Origin: Octopus sinensis
Lineage: Eukaryota
NCBI RefSeq assembly: GCF_006345805.1
Contig: NC_042998.1
Location: 27,838,001-27,902,000 of the forward strand
Length of the DNA: 64,000 nucleotides
Reading direction: 5' to 3'
Positions within the stretch are counted from its first letter, which is position 1, and every line of letters starts with the position of its first letter. The notes beneath the pieces are model-generated. The model saw only the letters and a program-made list of their open reading frames with translations, searched no databases and was not told the DNA's origin. The position numbers were made by a program, and so were the translations under genes. Shown here piece by piece: positions 50,796 to 64,000 of the stretch.

Positions 50796-52717
50796 ATCAA
50801 TTAATAATTATTTAGGCGTTATGCGAAAGATTTCTCTCTCTATGATGTCTATTTGTAGTTAGGTGCTCTGCACTGTGTGAAAGTAAAGCAACGTGATACT
50901 TGACGCATCGTATTGCCAATAACACAATGGAATCTGCATCTCCTCAGCCATCAGTCTGATATTCAATCAATACAACAAAGGTTGAATCTTCATGAAATAT
51001 AATTATAAATAAGTTCAGTTCCATTGAGAACACTGCAGATAAAACTCAGATAAGTTTAGTCAATTTTTTTTTGAAAATGTAAATTTTCTAAAATAGTTTT
51101 TATGAATATTTCTTGAAATAACTATTCTATTCAAAGTATTAGTGAATATATTCTGTAATTTTGCTATCTTTGATATGAGATATGAATTACACAAATGTAT
51201 TTTGTTTTCAATCACTATAGTATTATGTTTTCGTCCATTAGTTACTATCTATAGCTTAAGTAAATTATTTACTTTAATCAATATCGATTTTTACCAATTA
51301 TCCAAAACAATCAAATTACAATCGTTTCTCTTATGTATAACCACCATTTTGTGTTTTCAACCAAGTCTTACAAAGCGTATAAAAATTTCGACAACAGTAA
51401 ATCTCTTAACGTTATGAATGTTGAAGATTGTTAAAATATTTCCCTTAAGATAAACAAATAAAATTAGTTGATCGATGCTGGGAAAACTAACCAAGATTAC
51501 AGAGGCGTATCACTGGTATCTTGTCAATGTTTAATTGTATGAAGTAGCTCCCTTTGCTATAAATATCTTCAAATATGGAGGAAATACGTAATATAATTGT
51601 GAAGAACAAAAGTAGTCAGTTGAGTTACAGAAGTCTATAATTACATCAAAATATTCCAGATTGGAAACGACGAATGAATATAATTTTGTGATGTACAATA
51701 GAATTATAACCTGTCTATTGAGGAAACGTGTGATGAATAACGTATATGGAAGGGGTTAATATACAGTTGCTTCCGCTTGAAAGAACTTAAATATGCATCT
51801 TCATGAAGGACTTTATTTAAAGATTTATTGAGACGTAATTAATATATCTTAAAGTAAGATGTTTTTCAGTCAAAAACAAATTGAATTCTAAATTTTGTTA
51901 TTGAGTTTCTCCACATGTGCATAATGATCCGAATTTACGATCAAGTTGCCAAGGGGCTTCAAATTGTATGTTAATGATTTGCTCTTTCATACGTATTTTA
52001 GTATTTAAAAAAAAAAGAATCACATGAACGCTCCCAATACTTCTCACTTTGGATATAACTAAGACTTAGAAATGAAAATATATATTGTTAGATAATTTCC
52101 AATTTTTCCTCAACAGAAAAAATGCTTATATATATATATATATATGTTCAACCACTAAAGCTAGGGTGGAGTGCATCATTAACTCTTTAGAGAGCCCCAA
52201 AGAGTGGCGATACTAAAGAAGAAAGTTATTGTCCGGCCGGTTAATTAATTTGCTAGAAAGATATGCAAGAGTGGCGTCACTTAATCGGACAACGGAGTTC
52301 ATCACTCACGAAATCAAGCATGTCTTCTGAAGGACTACTACCTAGTTTCCGTATATCAAATTTCACTAAACTGGTTTTGGTCAACCTGAGGTCATGCTAG
52401 ATGTCACTTGGTCAATGTGGTGATTAGATGAATGAAATCCGAAATCACTTGGATATATCTGTGCACAAGGACAAATATATTCGGAAGGGAAGAGGCGCTC
52501 CCAGTCCTGAATTAGCAGCTCATTTAGTTACCTCCGGAATGATTAAAGGACATTTTTTTGCCATGTCGGTATTTGAGATCAGAAAAATGTAATGAGTAGC
52601 AATCTAAAAGCAAGTACACACTCTTATCTATATTTATATTTATAACTTAGATAACTTAGATATATTTCGGCCAAAGTTGGTACTACAGGTTTTTCCATTT
52701 ACCGTTTTTTCCAAATG

Positions 52718-52751
52718 TCCTGAAGAAGGGATCTTCACCCCGAAATATAGA
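52718..52751 (+). ncRNA. Weak hammerhead-like motif (extra A after A9, 2-bp stem I)
   Basis: UC-CUGAAGA-A-GGG(8 nt)CCC-GAAA-UAUA-GA; T-rich segment then (TA)n at 52873. Confidence 0.35.
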
Positions 52752-52908
52752 AATACAAGATAAAAATTCTAACTCTGTTTTGCTTTCTTCGCCTTTGTGT
52801 ACCTTCTCTCGTTGTTGCGGCTTTACACAGCAATTTTCTTTAAAATTACACATCACAATGCTTCAATCTCCTTATATATATATATATACCTATATCTATA
52901 TCTATGTA

Positions 52909-53292
52909 TCTATTATATAAAATCCGTTCTGTCTGTCTGCCTGTGTATCTTCTAGGAACTCGAGCATCCTCCATCCGATTGCGCTCAAGTTTGATTTATA
53001 GATACCGACGGTATCAGGGCGTGTATAAGTCTTGAAAAAATTGCAAAAATCGATTCCAGGTGAGAATGCCACCGATAAAGCCGTGGGAACGTACATTTGT
53101 ACGCGCAAGTACATCAGCTGTTGCGATCGATACTACGCGTACGCGAGAAAAATGCACGGTGTCTCAAATTTAGGTTAAATCAGAGTTTCTCAAAGGGGAG
53201 GCCTATAGGACGGTTGGACAAGTTGTTTTGAGAAAATTTGGTTTAAATGTTTGACAACCCAGCACCGTCCATTGACGGGGAGCGTTTTGCTC

Positions 53293-53293
<1 letters not shown>
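52909..53293 (+). mobile_element. Helitron-like element
   Basis: A|TCTATTATATAAAA start with CTGTCTGTCTG; 3' hairpin CCGTC-CATT-GACGG and CTCG|T end. Confidence 0.5.
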
Positions 53294-53362
<69 letters not shown>

Positions 53363-55963
53363 CTGCGGGTGTGAATCGTATGATATACGGACCAAGTTAG
53401 CCGTTTTCCAGTTAGTGTATGTTACTAGCGGCTATAAATCATTAAATCTTTCCTTCAGAGAAAATGGCGTTATTGAAATTAACTATGATAAAATGTGCAT
53501 GAACAAGAAGCGACTCTAAAATTGTATGTTTACCAAAAAAAAAGTTAAGTCTTAATTACATCGGTAAGAAAGAAAAAAAGAAAGAAAGAAAGGAAGGAAG
53601 GAAGGAAAGATAGATAGATAGATACAGAGGAGGGAGGAAGCAAACAATTTTATTAAAAGTGAAACCAGTATTTGTAGCTATTACACATTCCTTTATTCAC
53701 TTTCATGTATGTATCAGTTTGAAGTCGTTTAAATATAACTTAAGCAGCGTCCATCTTATTCCGTTTTTTTCTACCAGTTTCTCATTTCGTTTACTTTTAT
53801 CGTGCAACTCTCACGACACTTAGATTTTCGACTGCATAAAGCGTTGAACCTTGTATGTGACACGGAACCCTAAATAAATGATTTATGAATAATTAAACAG
53901 ATTTAACTCATCGGGTGTTTGAAAAATCTGCAAATTGCCAAGTACTATGTGTACACTGATCAATAGGAATTTTAATTTTATTCGTTAAAAAAAGAGAGAA
54001 AAAAACTGCAGTATGTTATATAGCCTTACTGCATGCGATCAACATGAATATAAAACTGGAGAACTGCAATATTCACTAAGTTGATTAGTGGCCACATAAT
54101 AAATCTGATCCTCAGATGGAGGTCTTCTAATATATTAATAATGTTCGTTAGCGATAGAGAAGTGTTTATGAGAGTTTGAAATAGCTTTCATGAATAGCTT
54201 TTATAAATAAAATATTAATTGAATTTTATTGAATATAAACAAACAGAAAAGGATGAGTAACCACATATGCTGGTTACACGATATATAAACACGTTATGTA
54301 AATTATTTCTCCTTACACATTGAAATGTGGGCGCAAAAATAATACACACAAGATATAACGCCATGTTTTTATAACGTCGACTAAATAAACATAATAAATT
54401 GTATATCTGTTTAGATTTTAACCTTACGTCGCCATAGGGACCTAAACTTTATGATCACTATATTTTATCACATTTTAAATGTTGATGTTTTTAGCAGCAT
54501 ATGCTGGTGATATTTATCAAAATTTGATATTTAAATATGAAGATTAAACTTTATTTTATTCATGTATTTTCTCGTTTTCTTTTTACGAGATTTTCATATA
54601 AAAGGCTATCAAACATGAAGTGAAAAAAGAGTATTTCACATAATCTTCTCAAATTAATGGAAACATTCTGGATTATTTGAAACACACTGCAATGTCTGTC
54701 AATCTACTTGAAACATTTAACGACAAGAAGTTGAATAACAAAATACACAGTATCGTGTTGAATGGAAATTTTTGTAATGGAGATGTAACATTCAGCTATA
54801 AATAGGACAGAGGTAGAGTTTATTTTTATTGCTGACATATTACTGAATGAAATCCAGTTTGGACATATTAGATAAATAATATAAGTTTTGGGAAAATGGC
54901 AATTTAAATCTATCAGGAAGATATGGGGTTTCACGAATGGGTTCCGTAAAATACTTAACTTTGTCAGAAACTATAGATTCTTAAAATTCATATAAATATT
55001 ATAATTCAGGGTCAACTGCTTATCAAAGAATATTTGCAAGTCTCTTTCAGACAATTATCGAGAATCTAGCGGTAAACATAAGATGATTTATGAAAAAGTA
55101 AAACCATTTTCATATTTAACTAAAACATACGAACATTAGATTTTCAAACACCTCATGCAGTAAACTAGCGCTAATAAACTAAAATGTAATATTTTCACGC
55201 AGACAAGCACCTAGAAAAAGTACTATTTTTTGCGGACGAAAATACATACATTCAACAAAGGATTTCTATATGTCTTTTGAGACTATTGATCTGCACCTGG
55301 AGTGTTTCATCCCAGGAACACGTCTGAGATTGATATAGAAGACCAGTAGCTGCCCATGCTTATATGTATGTCGCCTCCTCGTAACCGATGTTGTCCACTG
55401 CTTAGAGCCAGTGCCGTTGCAAGCGTTTTGATGAAAATGCAAAAATTTAATTCTAATATCGCAAAGCATCCAGTCGAATCCTCGAACAACATTAAATGTC
55501 GCTGTCCTTAACTAGTCCTTCCTTTATTGACAGGATTTAAATTCAGGTTGCAGGACCAGAATATATAGCGCTAAGCATTCCTCTGAACGCTCAAAGATTC
55601 TGCCAAATTATCTCATTTCTCACGTAAATACAAATACATAAATAAGATGAATCTGTCTACGAAACGCCGACTGTAATTTAGTTAGAACTTGACAAAAAAA
55701 AAAACAAAAAAAAAAACAAACAAAAAACATAAAAGAACAGAAGTCCTATACGCCAGGTGAAATAAAGAACTTAAAAATATGAATTTAGGACATCGAGTGA
55801 AAAACATCGTTTCGAGACAGGATTATAATGATCTTGCATTGACCACAAGTTCGCTTCTAATCAACTAGTTTTGATGAAGAAAAGCAAAACTTCCACAAAA
55901 AACTCTTCAGAATTATCTTGGAGCATTTTGTTTAAATTTAACATCACGCATTCAAAAAGATAT

Positions 55964-56046
<83 letters not shown>

Positions 56047-56293
56047 CATGTATACTCACTTTTCGATGACATCCCATGTGACCTCAGATACGCCGAATTT
56101 GCATTGCACAGACAGGGTATGGAAACTAAAAACTCTTGTGTATGTGGATATTTTCCGTACACTTGAAGACAATGCTCTCATTACTCTGAAGTGTAGCATG
56201 TCTCATGGCCATTACAACCAGTTACATTTCGAAAGTTAACTATTTGCAATCTAACGGGAAGAAATACTAGCAAAATGTCTAATGAACGAAAGG

Positions 56294-56345
<52 letters not shown>

Positions 56346-56841
56346 CAGAGAGAGAGAGAGAAAGAGAGAGACAGACAGACAGACAGAGAGCGATGACCTT
56401 AAGCTGGCGTAATGCTACTGAAAATGTCAATTACATTACATTTCCATTAAACATATCACACATATGATCAATTGTTTAAAACTGTGAATCAGATAGCGCT
56501 TTCAAATACAGCAGATCGTCATTGAAATAGTATAACATACCATTCGTAATAAAGACTGCCCTTGAATAAATAAAATACCCCAGGTTTTGAGTACGTACAT
56601 AACGTATCAGCACAAGAAACACTGGTGGCTTATTGCTATCATACTTGCAGACAAATGTAGAGATAACAGGTCTGATATCGTTATTGGAGACGCAAAAAAA
56701 TGCGTAAGATGTCAGCAATTGTGCACGCCTTTTATCTTTTGCTTGATTCAGTCTTTAGACTACGGGTAAATTATGGCGATGTTTTGTAGGATTTTAGCCA
56801 AACAAATCTATCCCTAGTACTTATAATTTAAAGCCTGTTAC

Positions 56842-57065
56842 CTATTTTATCCCTCACTTAGGCTGAACCGCTAAGTCTTGAGATCTTAAACAAATCAACA
56901 CCGCTTGTCAAGCGGTGGCGGGGACTGACACAACCACAAATACACACACTTAGCTGTATGTATGTATGTATGTATTATGTATGTATGTATGTATGTATGT
57001 ATGTATGTATGTATGTGTGTGTGTGTATGTATGTATGTATGTATGTATGTATGTATGTATGTATG

Positions 57066-57099
<34 letters not shown>

Positions 57100-57186
57100 C
57101 GACGTGCTTCTTTCAGTTTCCGTCTAACAAAGCCACTCGCAAAGCTTTTTCGGCCCGGGGCTATAATTATAATACAAGACACTTGA
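56842..57186 (-). mobile_element. Diverged SINE family A with (TATG)n/(TATC)n core, head deleted
   Basis: Reverse-complement similarity on both sides of the microsatellite. Confidence 0.7.
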
Positions 57187-57189
57187 CCA

Positions 57190-57330
57190 TTACTGCAACT
57201 TGAGAGTATTTCTTTGAAAATCAAGCATGCACAGCAGAGTCCAAAGTGAATCTGTGCCAAGCAGCTTTAGTCTACATGCCTCAGCTTCGTTACTATTGCA
57301 ACAGTCCGGATACTTATTGATCAGACCTCG
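57190..57330 (-). mobile_element. Terminal fragment of a second mariner-type element
   Basis: The minus strand reads TA-CGAGGTCTGATCAATAAGTATCCGGACTG, a mariner-like TIR at a TA site; the partner end is absent. Confidence 0.5.
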
Positions 57331-57336
57331 TATATA

Positions 57337-57761
57337 TGCCTCCGACAACAGCCAGCATTGGTCAATAGAAAAGGACCAACTGTTCTCCACGACAACGTTC
57401 TGCCGCACGTCGCTCACCTGACCCTGAAGAAATTGAAAGCTTTGGGCTACGAAACTCTACCTCATCCGCCATACTCACCAGACCTCTCGCCTACCGACTA
57501 GCACTTTTTCAAGCATCTCGACAACTTCCTGCCTGAGAAATGCTTCAAAAACCAAGACGATGCCAAACACGCCTTCAACGATTTCATCGCCACCAGAGCG
57601 CAGGTTTTTTACGCTACTGGCATAAATATACTTGTTTCGCGTTGGCAAAAGTTTGTTGATTTTGACGGTGTTTATTTCGATTAATAAAGTTTCGTTTGAG
57701 CCGAGATATGTGCATCTGAATGTAAAGGTTAAAAACCGCAAGAACTTTCTTCAAAACCTAA
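57337..57761 (+). mobile_element. 3' fragment of a cecropia/Hsmar1-like mariner
   Basis: PALVNRKGPTVLHDN...HPPYSPDLSPTD*HFFKHLDNFL...FYATGIN.LVSRWQK...YFD* (one internal stop); TIR AACCGCAAGAACTTTCTTCAAAACCTAA followed by TA. Confidence 0.92.
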
Positions 57762-58286
57762 TATATAAATATATATTTATATATATATATCGCCATACCC
57801 ATACATGTTGACATGCACACACACACACATGCGCGCGCGCACACACACACACACACACATGTAGATATATAAATGTTATGTTGAACGATATTTTGAAAAA
57901 CAGACGAGTTTAATATTTAATTTCACATATATATTTATATGTGTATACGACTGTGTGAAATTTAAACCAAATATAATTTATCATAAAAGTTTGCAGTTTT
58001 ATTTGTGTTAAATACCAACGATTTCTGATCAAATACTTTTACGACTGTTTTCCTGCGTTCAGCGTCTCTAACTGTCACTCACTCTTGCACCGTTTGTTGT
58101 TTTAGTTTCCTTTTACGAGCTTCACCGACGAGATACACATTGCCTTTTATGTTTTCTGTCGTGGTGAGTGCAATAGATTAGAGGGAATGGATTCGAAAAT
58201 ATCAGTAAAGTTTGAGATTTATGTACTATTTAAGTGTTCACGCCTTTTCTTTAAGCAAAGTAAAGTAGAAAACAGAAATTAGCTAA

Positions 58287-58701
58287 GGCGCAGGAGTGGC
58301 TGTGTGGTAAGTAGCTTGCTTACCAACCACATGGTTCCGGGTTTAGTCCCACTGCGTGGCACCTTGGGCAAGTGTCTTCTACTATAGCCTCGGGCCGACC
58401 AATGCCTTGTGAGTGGATTTGGTAGACGGAAACTGAAAGAAGCCCGTCGTATATATGTATATATATACATGTGCGTGTGTGTTTGTGTGTCTGTGTTTGT
58501 CCCCCTAGCATTGCTTGACAACCGATGCTGGTGTGTTTACGTTCCCGTCACTTAGCGGTTCGGCGAAAGAGACCGATAGAATAAGTACTAGGCTTACAAA
58601 AGAATAAGTCCCGGGGTCGAGTTGCTCGATTAAAGGCGGTGCTCCAGCATGGCCGCAGTCAAATGACTGAAACAATTAAAAGAGTAAAGAGTAAAGAGAG
58701 T
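58287..58701 (+). mobile_element. SINE family A (young-looking, short core)
   Basis: Full copy close to the apparent consensus. Confidence 0.93.
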
Positions 58702-60944
58702 AAGCAATTTTACTTAAATTTAATAATTACACTCAACAGAAAGAAACAATCTCCATATTGCCATTTCTCTTAAGATGATTGATCTAGAGAAGAAACAAAT
58801 AGATAAATAAACAATAAAACAGTAATATTTAAGGGTCAATTCCGAGTAATCTTTTGCGAACACAAAAGACAACGTAAAAAGTCATGTAAAAATATATGAA
58901 ACATTTCACTGTTTTGAGAAATGGATCAATATCGCGACTTCCGGTTTTCTATTTTCTTTCGATAAGAAATGCGCATTACTTTTTTCTAGTAAAAGAAAGT
59001 GTATTCAGTTGTTAATTTAATGAACAATAAATCCACCGAATATGTAACTTCACTACTGGCAAACATATTATTATCTGTTTATTTTGATTAGACACAGAAA
59101 CATTTTATGCCGTCGAAGAGGAAAATTATCTCGCTGTTGATTTTTTCCCAAGGTCATTTCTATTATATGAGATGAGATACCATCCAAGTGGAATAGAAAT
59201 TGCGTTATTGAACGAAAATAGTCAAACACTTTTAGCTCTTCAACTCTCGTCACATACGAAAGTCATATTACCCAGGCCATATAATACTCTGATGGTTATT
59301 AAACCAAGTAGTTGTAAGATTTTGATAGATTACATATAAAGCCAGCATACAAATGTTGACCGCTTTAAATAAGCAAGATAGCAGGAGAAAGAGAGTACTT
59401 GTTTTTTCATGCTGTCCATGTATAAACAGTGAATATCAGCTTATTGATTAGATATCATGTAGGATTTAACTTGATTACTAGAAATGTTTATAGTTATTGG
59501 AGTCAGAGAAGCAGAAATAATTCGGTCTCCAAGTCGATCGCTTTATAAACAGCTTTACTTTTATAACTGTATACACTTATATACATTGTATTAATATAAT
59601 GAATATTTTTAAGCAAACTAACGCCACTAGAACTGTGTTGCATGACCGCAAATGTAAAAATGTTTAGCCTCATAAATACATGGAAGGGTGTAAAGAATTG
59701 CAGGTTTATTACTTCCTCTGGCGCGACAGGAAGAAATATTTCACAGTGAACAGTTTTCATTTGTCAGATATATGAAATATTCTTTCAGACAATTTCTGGT
59801 GTAAATTTGATCCTTATCAAGTATGCAATGTTTTCTAATTTATTACTTCACGTAATATTCTCTATTTAAAACCAATCATTTTGTTAACCACTTGACAGCA
59901 GTCATAGTAATTCAACAACAGATAGCGGAGTCAGCGACGTTTATTTTTCTTTAAAACGAACAGTAAGTAGACACAACTTGAAAATGTTACCATTAAAGTC
60001 ACACGTTGAGTATGGCAATAAAAGAGTGTTTCATGGTTGTCAGCTGATAAAATGAGATTTATAATAGTAGCCATTCTAATGATTAGTATCCCAATGGCTT
60101 ACACACGCCACCATCACATATATACAAACACATGGATATGCATAAAAGTAATTTGATGATAATTTATAATTCGAAGGTTTTGTAGTTAACTTGACATCAA
60201 TTGTCTGAAAATGAAAAGCCACTTCTTGAATTTTTAACCTAAAATTTAATCAATGTATGTTTCTAAAATTCAGGTTAATTATATATTAGCATTCCAGCGT
60301 GATAATCAAATCGTCTTTCGCTTTAAGGAACGTGTTTATACAAAGCATCTGATTATTCCATCTCTTTATTGATTATACGTTTTCTCAATCAACAGTTTTA
60401 TCTTCCTGCGTTCCAATACAAAGGAAGAAGTTCAAAATATTCCTTTCACAACCATCTTTCACTCCTAGTATCAACCAAGTTTTCAAATATTCGCCAACGC
60501 AAATATTATTCTAACAAAGCGAGAAAAACACACACACATCACTCGTGCTTACAAACTTGCCAAGAATTATACAAAAGAAGCTTCGGAATATGCCCATCGT
60601 TTCCAGCGACGTTCATTGTAAGCCATGTATAGGCTTCTATGGAGTACTGAAATGATACCGATGCCTTTTTATAAGAATCTCATTCATTGATTACTAATTT
60701 CTAAACTCTATGCAATAGAATAACAATTGATATGCCTTTCTTTATCTAAAGACTCTATTCTCAAGTTAGTCGTCGTAAATTCTGTTCGTCGAGTCTTCCC
60801 ATACAACTATAATTGAAATTATGGTTTTATTCCGCAGAGATTATTCAGAAACATCTACAATGCCACAGGAAAGATAAATGGCGTTTTGCATATTCTGCAT
60901 TTAAATGTGTCCAGAGAAAATATGTCTGTCTTTTATCTTTTACC

Positions 60945-61200
60945 ATTTACCGTGTTCATTCATTAGAATGCAGCCATGCTGGGGCGCCGCTTTGAAGAAT
61001 TTTTAGTCGAAGGAATTTAATCCAGTACTTACATTTTTAAAGCCTGGTACTGAATCTACTCGTCTCTTTTGCCGAAAAACGTAGTTACAGGAACGTAAAT
61101 ATAACAACGCCGGTCACCAAGCAGCTAAGGTTGACAAACACAGACACAAAGACACGCATACATACTTGCATACATGCATTATACATACATAAATAAATAT
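60945..61200 (-). mobile_element. Diverged SINE family A, right half
   Basis: Contains GCAGCCATGCTGGGGCGCCGC and GACAAACACAGACAC. Confidence 0.6.
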
Positions 61201-61211
61201 CTATATAGACA

Positions 61212-61761
61212 TAAAATATATTTGCCAACTAAATGTGGCGGTCCAATAGAGGACGGTGTTACTGTTGTTTTTAGATCTAGCAAGATATTTCCTCCAGCTG
61301 GCCAACGACACACTGTGTCCGATTAGTATTTGTGAGGGAGGTCATCGCTCCAATCTCTAGCCTTACATGATACACACTGACCTTGGTTTCTGAGTGGTTA
61401 CCCGTTCCCAGTGCGTGTTCATCACTAGCAAGTGATGAACACGCACTAGCAAGTGATGAAGAACTCATTCTACTCGCAAAATACTATATGCTTTTTCTAG
61501 CGATAAACTGACGCTGATCTCGTAAAGAGAGGAGTAAGTTGTATTAAATCCCTGAGCGAGAGATAAACAGTAACAGTACAGAATCGTAAAATATATTTGC
61601 CAACTAAATGTAGCGGTCCTATAGAGGACGGTGTTACTGTTGCTTTTATCCCCAGGAAGACATCTCCTCCAGCTGGCCAACGACACACAGTCAGTGTCCG
61701 ATTAGTATATGCGAGGGAGGTCATCGCTCCCATCTCTAGTCTTACATGATACTCACAGACC
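61212..61761. repeat. Two ~172-bp direct repeats (61212-61382, 61587-61761) around a ~204-bp spacer
   Basis: AAAATATATTTGCCAACTAAATGT...CTTACATGATAC occurs twice, 375-nt period. Confidence 0.9.
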
Positions 61762-61912
61762 CGGGCTTCTTTCGGTTTCCGTCTATCAAGTCTTCTCACA
61801 AGGCTTTGATCGGCCCGAGGCAATAAGCAGAAGATACGTGTCCAAAGTGCTACGCAGAAGGAGTGAAAACGGAATCATGAGATTGGGAAGCAAGCTTCTC
61901 ATCACACAGCCA
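61760..61912 (-). mobile_element. Diverged SINE family A, left half
   Basis: CGGGCTTCTTTCGGTTTCCGTCT...CACACAGCCA. Confidence 0.7.
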
Positions 61913-62582
61913 AGCCATCATTATTATTTTTCAATTTATGATATTGAATCCCACATATAGACAGTTACTAAAATGAATTATCAGGAGATATGCCGAAGCC
62001 AGAGATAATTTACAATTGATTTATATATTAAAAGCACAAGTTATCTGCTTGTGACATATTTTCGAGTGAATTTGCTAAAATTTTGAAGATATTAAATGTT
62101 TCATTGTTGGTGTAGAATTTGGCTGCGGATAAGACACATATAAACGAAAACACCAGATCAAGGGACAGACTAACGAGACTAGTCACTTCAGATTGTATAC
62201 ACACGTTGTATACAATAAGGTACTGTCTCCATCGAAGATTCTAATGAAGATGCTATGTACAAAATACGGAGGCGATTCAATATGGTTTCAGTTTTTTTTT
62301 TACATTGTTTTGTGTAATTAAATTTTCTAATACATTTTCTAAAGTAAAAGTTCTAATCATAACAACTGAAAATTATTCTAGTCTTGCAAAGAGGCCATAG
62401 TGTTTAGCGAACTGCGACGACATTCTTTGTAAAAGAATAACTTCATTGAATTATATTTTAAACCATTTATTTTTACTGTATCATTAAGTATTTGAGATAT
62501 TTGTGGTATGATAGCATAAGCTATATCAGTCAAAGAATAATTGTGACTAGCACACCTATACAGACACATATATACATTCATA

Positions 62583-62790
62583 TACTCTTTTACTTGTTTC
62601 AGTCATTTGACTGCGGCCATGCTGTAGCACCGCCTTTAGTCGAGCAAATCGACCCCAGGACTTATTCTTTGAAAGCCTAGTACTTATTCTACCGGTCTCT
62701 TTTGCTGAACCGTTAAGTTACGGGGACGTAAACTCACCAGCATCGGTTGTCAAGCTATGTTGGGGGACAAACACAGACACACAAACATAT

Positions 62791-62844
<54 letters not shown>

Positions 62845-62849
62845 TATAT

Positions 62850-62881
<32 letters not shown>

Positions 62882-63045
62882 TACGACGAGCTTCTTTCAG
62901 TTTCCGTATACCAAATCCACTCACAAGACATTGGTCGGCCCGAGGCTATAGTAGAAGACACTTGCCCAAGGTGCCACGCAGTGGGACTGAACCCGGAGCC
63001 ATGTGGTTGGTAAGGAAGCTACTTACCACACAGCCACTCCTACGC
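62583..63045 (-). mobile_element. SINE family A
   Basis: Full reverse-complement copy. Confidence 0.92.
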
Positions 63046-63097
63046 ATATACATATAAACATACATATATGCACACATACACACACACACAATATATA

Positions 63098-63194
<97 letters not shown>

Positions 63195-64000
63195 TATATA
63201 TATATAGTCATGAACTGAGAAACGGAACAGCGATTATTAAACGCATGTAGCATTAACGCGTAGTTTCTCTTTCTACTGAAGCGCAAGTATTATTTCACTA
63301 AGCGTAAAGTACGAGGGGAGAAAAGATCTTCATATATATATATATCTTGGTTAGAGCAAATGCTAATTCACTTGATAACTGGATAAAAACAAAAAAAAAT
63401 GACATAAAGTCATACGTAGCTGCTGGAGAGTGAAGCATGACTTACTTATTTTATTTATGTGCTTTCTGCTCAAATGAAGTCTTGTTTGGCGCGATCAACA
63501 TTTCTATTGCCTCTTTATCATTTCTAGTATGTCTTTTATTGGACAGCTAAAGCTAAACATTTTCTCTTTTTCTGACTTGAATGTGTGTGTACAACTGTCA
63601 AATTTTTTGCTTTTTTTCTCTGACTTGTATGCAATCTCAAAATATACGAGAACTAAGAACCTATTACATTGGAACATACTTTCTTAATATATTTTTTCCA
63701 CAGTTAACAAAATACCGGTCTGATCTATTGTTTGAAACTATAACTAGTTCCATAAAGATATGTAACAAACAAACAGATTTCAAATGAATATTTATTACCT
63801 GTTGTACATAAAGCTAATCTGAATTTATATTTTAGAAGTCAATCACCATTATATTTGTGATTTCTGTGTTTCTAGACTTCAAGAACGATAACGAACTAAT
63901 GTGGAACACTGGACTCATAACTCAAATACAGAAATCACCGCCTAGAAGCATTTCTCTTAAGATGATGGCAAATATTGAGTGTTCTCAATGAGATATCAAG

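Overview
AT-rich, microsatellite-dense eukaryotic DNA with no convincing protein-coding gene, rRNA, genuine tRNA or CRISPR array. It is probably intronic or intergenic, and I infer a coleoid cephalopod (Octopus-like) from recalled repeat families; this was not searched. Nearly all ORF-track entries are translated microsatellites or SINEs. The window is a mosaic of retroelements and DNA elements. Retroelements: tRNA-derived SINEs with four heads (A-D) and swappable tails, a 5'-truncated R4/Dong-like LINE with restriction-like endonuclease, RTE LINE remnants, and two related LTRs (one with a tRNA-Ser PBS). DNA elements: mariner remnants, pogo/Tc2-like MITEs and Helitron-like elements. The most notable signal is eight minimal type-I hammerhead-ribozyme-like motifs from about seven unrelated short repeat families. 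Each lies about 50-210 nt upstream of a (TA)n tract, and several have variant cores (U3-A8 covariation, U4C, an extra base after A9). Two sit in opposite orientation in a near-perfect 326-bp fold-back at 42630-43294. Structures were folded by eye; ribozyme activity is untested.
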